64,000 nucleotides of DNA from the NCBI GenBank assembly GCA_044892525.1, contig CM097888.1, positions 1,674,001 to 1,738,000 on the forward strand. Reading direction: 5' to 3'. This DNA comes from Schmidtea polychroa. Lineage: Eukaryota. A program made the position numbers and the translations under genes. The notes under the pieces were generated by a model. It was not told the DNA's origin. It did no database searches and was given only the letters and a program-made list of their open reading frames with translations. Shown in pieces: positions 51,301 through 57,300 of the stretch; positions within the stretch are counted from its first letter, which is position 1, and each line of letters opens with the position of its first letter.

Positions 51301-54300
51301 TGTTGAAGTCTTTCCTTCTCTTTTTCCGTTAGCAAGGTGCTGTCAATTATCCATAATTCGTCAGCTTTCGTTGTTTCGTTGATGATTTTTGGTAATTCGA
51401 TGTCTATCATGGGTGTCAATCTACCCAATCTTTCATTTTCATATATGATCTTGTCTTCTTCCTCAAAATTTGTGATGTTAATTGGTATTTCCCCGTCTTC
51501 ATTTATTGTTATTATTTCTCTTGCTAATGGTAATTCTCGTCGTTTTTCGAATGATTTGCTTGGCTCAAAAATGACTTCTCCTTCCATTCCTGCATCCACT
51601 TTTATTTGACATATCATCTGTGATTTTGCGGGTACAATTATTTTCTCCGGGCATCTAATTATTGCGTTCATCTTGCATATTCTACCCATTTTGTCTTTTA
51701 GACACATTGTTGTTAAATCGATTACTACTTCCTTAAATAATTCCGGCATTAAATCCGTTCCGATTATACATGGTTCACTCAGTTTGGGTATCACCGCTAG
51801 ATACGTTTCAATTTCGTTATCCTGATATCGTAACGTAGTCCACCATCTTCCTACTACGTCTACGGTTTCTTTACTGCATGCAATAATATGGATAGTTGTT
51901 TGTTCGATATCCTTCCAACATTTACTGGGTATTTGGTTTATTGCTATTGCTGATACGTTTGCTCCGGTATCTATCATGGCGCTTGTCTCTTTCCCGTTGA
52001 TTTGGATCATGACTGTTACTGCCGCACCTCCTGGTGAACTCATCACTGCTATCGTTCTTACGTCGTCCGCTTGGTCTACACTTTTCGTTCTTCGGGTCGG
52101 CATATAGTTCATTCCTGGTTGACTTGGTAACTGTGGATACATATTTTGTGTCATGGTCAAAGCTGTTTGTTGTCCAACGATATCTGGTGGTATGTAACTT
52201 CCGTTGGCTATCCAGGTATTTGTTTTTTCTTTCTCCCAATATGGTGCTGTTTCTATTGGCTTTTCATTCGGGTTTCTACTTGGATATGGGTATTTGTCAT
52301 TCCCGTTGTCGTCATCATCACTATCGCTGCTGTTTGATCGATTCCTAAATCTGTCTAAGAATTTTGGTTTGTTCTTTTTCAGTTGCGTCCTTGTTGCTTC
52401 ATCATACATCGTTTTCCGAAATCGTCTACCGACTTCCTCGTCAGTTCCTTTTATTTTTGTCAGTATTTTGATCAATCGTTTTATTCTGTGTATGTCTTTA
52501 GAATGACCGTGCAACACCATTGTTTTCGCCAAAAATGGTAGAAAGCCTACTATCAATTTCCAATTTACCTTCTTTTCTCTCTTATAGATATCAAAACACG
52601 CTAACATTTGAGTTAATATTACTCTGACGATCTGAATAATTAAGATGATTCCCAATATTCCTGCCATCATTTGACCGAACACTAGAAATCTTCCCCACAT
52701 TGCTTTCATCATGTTTGACGTGGCTTGTTGAAAATGATCAGGTGACAATAATAGTTCGTAATTGGGGCCTGACTGGAAATTCGTTCCCCCAGTTATGGTA
52801 ACCATATTCGATAGAATGGATTCCCGTCTTGCTGGGAATAATACGTTTAATCGTGCCGTTTCTAAATCCTCCGGTGAGTACATACCTGCTTTTGACACAT
52901 CAATTGGTTTGAAATCTTGTTCTGTTGCGAGTTCTATTAGTCCAAACTTTTTAGGTTCTTGTACTTCGGTTTTTACCGGTAACATTATCCATTTCCCATC
53001 GGGTTTTTCATATAACGGTCCGTATGCATTTGAACAGTTAAAGGTGTTCGGGTAAAATCCAATTGGGTTCATTATTCGAGTGACGGGTTGAACGAATCTG
53101 TTTCGCCCTTTGTAACTAATTTCTAACTCGTTTGCACATTTCCCTGGTGGAATTGTGGGCTTTCTTGGCAGTCGCGCAAATGTCTTGGTACATGCATATG
53201 TATACATTACCTCTCCCACCATTCTACCAAAATGTCCATCCGGTAACGGGAGTGATGGCATTGTGTTATCTGGGTGTGTTATTGCGATGGCTAATTTTGT
53301 TTTTAGTATCTCTTTATTCAATGAACAGTCATTTTGTATAAGATCGTAATACACTTTTTGCATTGTCGTTTGTCCTCGGTGAAATAAAAAATCCATTTTG
53401 TTATTGGCGTACAGGTACAATTTTACGTCCTCTGTTGCTACCTTTCCCACTGCTCGGTCTATTACTTGCCTGGACATGTAGATACCTGCGTAGTTCGTCC
53501 GGTATACTATGCTGTCACATTTGGTGGTCTCTTTTTCTCTAATGAATCTCATGCCGATATCTGGGTCATCTGTAATTAATGCCGTTGGTGTTTTTTGGGT
53601 TGTGAGTCTCTTTTCTTTGGGGGATGGCGGAACTGGTTTCCCATTTCGCATCCTTACGTTTCCATTCTCTTCATCGTCATCCTCGTTTTCGTAAATTTCT
53701 CCTTTTACTTCATTGAATAGAGCACTTTTTAACAATTGGAGTCGGCATTTTTGGGTGTTAGCTTCATATATTATAGTCGAAATTCCCGTTCTACACACGT
53801 TTTCCGTAGCTCTGCATGCTGGGTTGGTTTTCATTTGATAGTTGTTTGCGTCGAATTGTGCTTCGTATTCCTTCAACTCCACTGTGTAGGACTCAATTAC
53901 TACTACTCCCGATATCACCTCTCCTCTGATCGTATATGTGCCTCCGTTACATGATCCATCAGTTGATTTTACTCGTCCAGCGACATAGATACTTTCTGTC
54001 TTGATCATTCCGCTTTGTCCGTGTATTGTTACTCCATCCCTGATTCTCATTGCTCCGGTTCTAAAAAGCTCTTTACAGTCTTCCCGTTGTATAGGTACTA
54101 TTTCTTTATCTAATCCCGGTAATATAAGGGTTGAATATGAGTATTGTCCACAGTAATATGCCAACACTTTCTTTGATACTACGCATTCTCTAGCTTGCGT
54201 TCTAATGAAATCTGATTCTTGGTATACGTGATAGGAGACTTTCTTCTTTACTATATCTAATTTATTCGGAGACGCCTGTCTACATTCCTCTATATCTCTC

Positions 54301-57300
54301 AGGGAGTATCTTTCTCCTATTATCGAATTGTCACAGTCGTAAATAGTAAATCCCGCGGCTCCACTGGTGCAGAGCATCCATATCATCATGGTCATCATTA
54401 GTGAATTAATCGACGCTTTTCTGCTGGCTGGGTCTTTCAATGGCAATTCCCATTCTAGCTCATGTAGTAACTTCTTCAACCGAATTTGCATTGATCTCTC
54501 TTGCTCGTTTTTTCGTGGCGCTTGTATGAGTCTTTTCCACCCACCGGCGCGGATGATATGTGGTTCGATTGTATTTTCAATGATTGTGACGGTCATTTCT
54601 ACATGATTTGCGAATTGTTTGTTAGGTATTTTCCTTGCTGCTAATCCCATCAAATTGTACATTAGATACGTTAATACTACTAAATGATGTTCGTCGTCGT
54701 TTGCGTTTAAAGTTAATTGTTCAATTACTCTTCTTGTCTCTTCCCAATCGGTTTTAGTGGTTTTTGTCTTCTCTTTGATTAATTTCGGAATTATTCCGGA
54801 TATTGTATTCCATAGTTGTCTGGCGTCTACACTTGCTACTTTTCGTTGCCATAACCGTCGCAATTGTGGGTTCGTTATTATTAGCATATCTTTTACTAGC
54901 TCTCGTATCCATTTTTCGCCTCTTTCGATAGTTGGCTGGGCCTCTTTTAGATCCCACACTATTTTATCCAGTTTCTCTAATCTGACTTGTCCTTGTTCTT
55001 GTTTCAGTTGTTCTCTAGTTTTAAATTCCGGTTTTTCTCCTTGCTTCTTGGGTCTCCCTTTTGCCCGTTTTTCCATCATTGTTCCGGCTTCCCTTGTATT
55101 TTCATAATTCGGGTTTCTCTCGTTATCCGTTCTTGGCAATGAACTATCGTTATTTCTTAGCCATTCGTTCCATTCGTCTATTATTTTGTCCGTTTGACCT
55201 TCTGGTGTTGCTTTCGTTGGTCCTTTCTGTCGTTGGAATTGTTCGTCGGTTTCGGTTTCTGTTGTATTATCGATAATCTCCTCGATACTCAGCTTATTTG
55301 GCTGCTGATAGCTAGTTGACGGTTGGCTTGTTGTCCATATTTCGGCTCCTGTCGGCCATCTTACCAGAATTGGTGATCTTTCTCCAGCTCCTCCATCGCT
55401 GTCTTCCAATATAATTTCCTCGATTTCCTCGGTTTCATTCGTTTTACTTGCCACTTTGTTAGGGCTTGGTGTACTCAAGCTACCTTTCGTAGGTTTACTG
55501 GATTTGTTCTTCCTTTTAATCGGTTTTCCCAATGTTTCTGCCATTGTCAATACATTGATCTCCCCCAATCTCATGGGTGTTATTCCGACATCTGCATTAT
55601 CATCCAACGATTTTCCGAATAGTTGTAGGTGAAATGGAGTTTCGTATGCTAATTTCTTTTTTAACTCTCTGATCTTTGTTGTTGGATGTACTTCTGTATC
55701 CTCAATGCTTTTGTCGGGATACTTGACTCGGATACGATACCTTTCCTGGGTATCTTGTGCCCATTCTTGGTTTCTCCATTTCCTAATAATTTGTTCTAGC
55801 TGTTCTGGGTACCATTCGTTATATTGTCTGTATTCCTCAATCGCTTTCGCCATTTCTCTTAGATTGTGGATATTCTCTGATGTCTTTAGGATGATGTTAG
55901 CCAATGCTATTACTTGACGTTTTTGATTTTTTGTTCCCGTTGCTAAGATATCACCTAATTGTTTATATCTTTCCTTCTCTTCTCGTTCTCGAGCTTCCAT
56001 CGCTTCTTCGCTATCCATATCGGCATATTCGCGTTCTTTCTTTCTCATCGCATGAATATGTCTGGTTTCCGTTTCACTTTCTGATGTAACATCCGTTTCG
56101 CTTCCGTCGTCCGATGTCGATTCTATTTCGTCCTCTTCATATTTTGGAGGTTCATCTTCCTCTTCTTCTGATTCACTTTCTATCTCACCAATGTCTGTTT
56201 CCACGAAAATCCCTTTCCTGATTTTCCATTCTTTGTTTTCCGCATTCCACGTCCTTTCCCATGGGGTTCGTCTGCAGGATCTCACACTTAGTTTCTTTAT
56301 TTTTCCTTGAAGCTCTTTTTCTTTTAACCACTGTTGATGAATTTCAATTATCTCTACTGATTTTTGATATAGCGTTTTCATCCTGTCTCGTATTTCTTTC
56401 TGGTATGTTATATCTCTTGTTCGGAATTCGTCCATGGGCAATATTCTGATGATTTGATGATTATCCCACATTCCCATTTCGCTTAGCGAGGTGTCGTCTT
56501 CGGCCCGTAATATTATTTTATCGTACATCATGACTACGTCATCTATCATCCCGTCGCTACTCTCGCTTCGTACTTTTTCCGTTATCTCTTGGTTTATCTT
56601 GGTTACTAAGTCATCTACCGTACTCTGATTACTCATCTTTATTCGTCGTTTCTCCTCGTTTGGTAACCATATGGTTATTTCTAATTTCTGCGGTTGCGTT
56701 TCTTTCAACCTGCCATATTTGTGGATCAAATTTATGGTTCTCCAATCGCTCATCCTGAGCAATTCTGTATCTCGTAATCGGCTCATTAGCTCATGCATGT
56801 CTGGAGTTCGTCTTGCTATGAGTAAATCCCAGTTATCTTCGACTTGTTCTTGAATTTGTTTGATTAATTTATCTAGATTTCGTCGCAAGGTGCATTGTTT
56901 TATTTGTTCCAGCTTCAGCTTGATGCTAAAATCGTACTCGGCCTTGGCGTCTTTAGCCCATTCGTGAATATTTGCTGGTTGTTTCTCTTTATACAATTTC
57001 AATATTTGAGTTTCTCCTGGCCAGATCAATGCATCTATTAGGTGCATGTCTGGTTTGATTTGTTCTCCTTGATGTTGATACAGATATTCTTTCTTTCTCG
57101 AGCTGCCCAAATGTTCTCTTATCCAATCGAAAAGGTCGTCTGTGACTGCATTTTTTATCCATATTCTCTCGAGTCCTTTACTCGTTCCGATTTTTATTAC
57201 ATAGCGTGTTGTCTCCGCTTGTTTCATTTTTTCCATATACTTCTTTATTATCACTTTTTCCTCGTTTGGTATTAGGTCTTTTTCGTTTCTTTCTAGTTTC

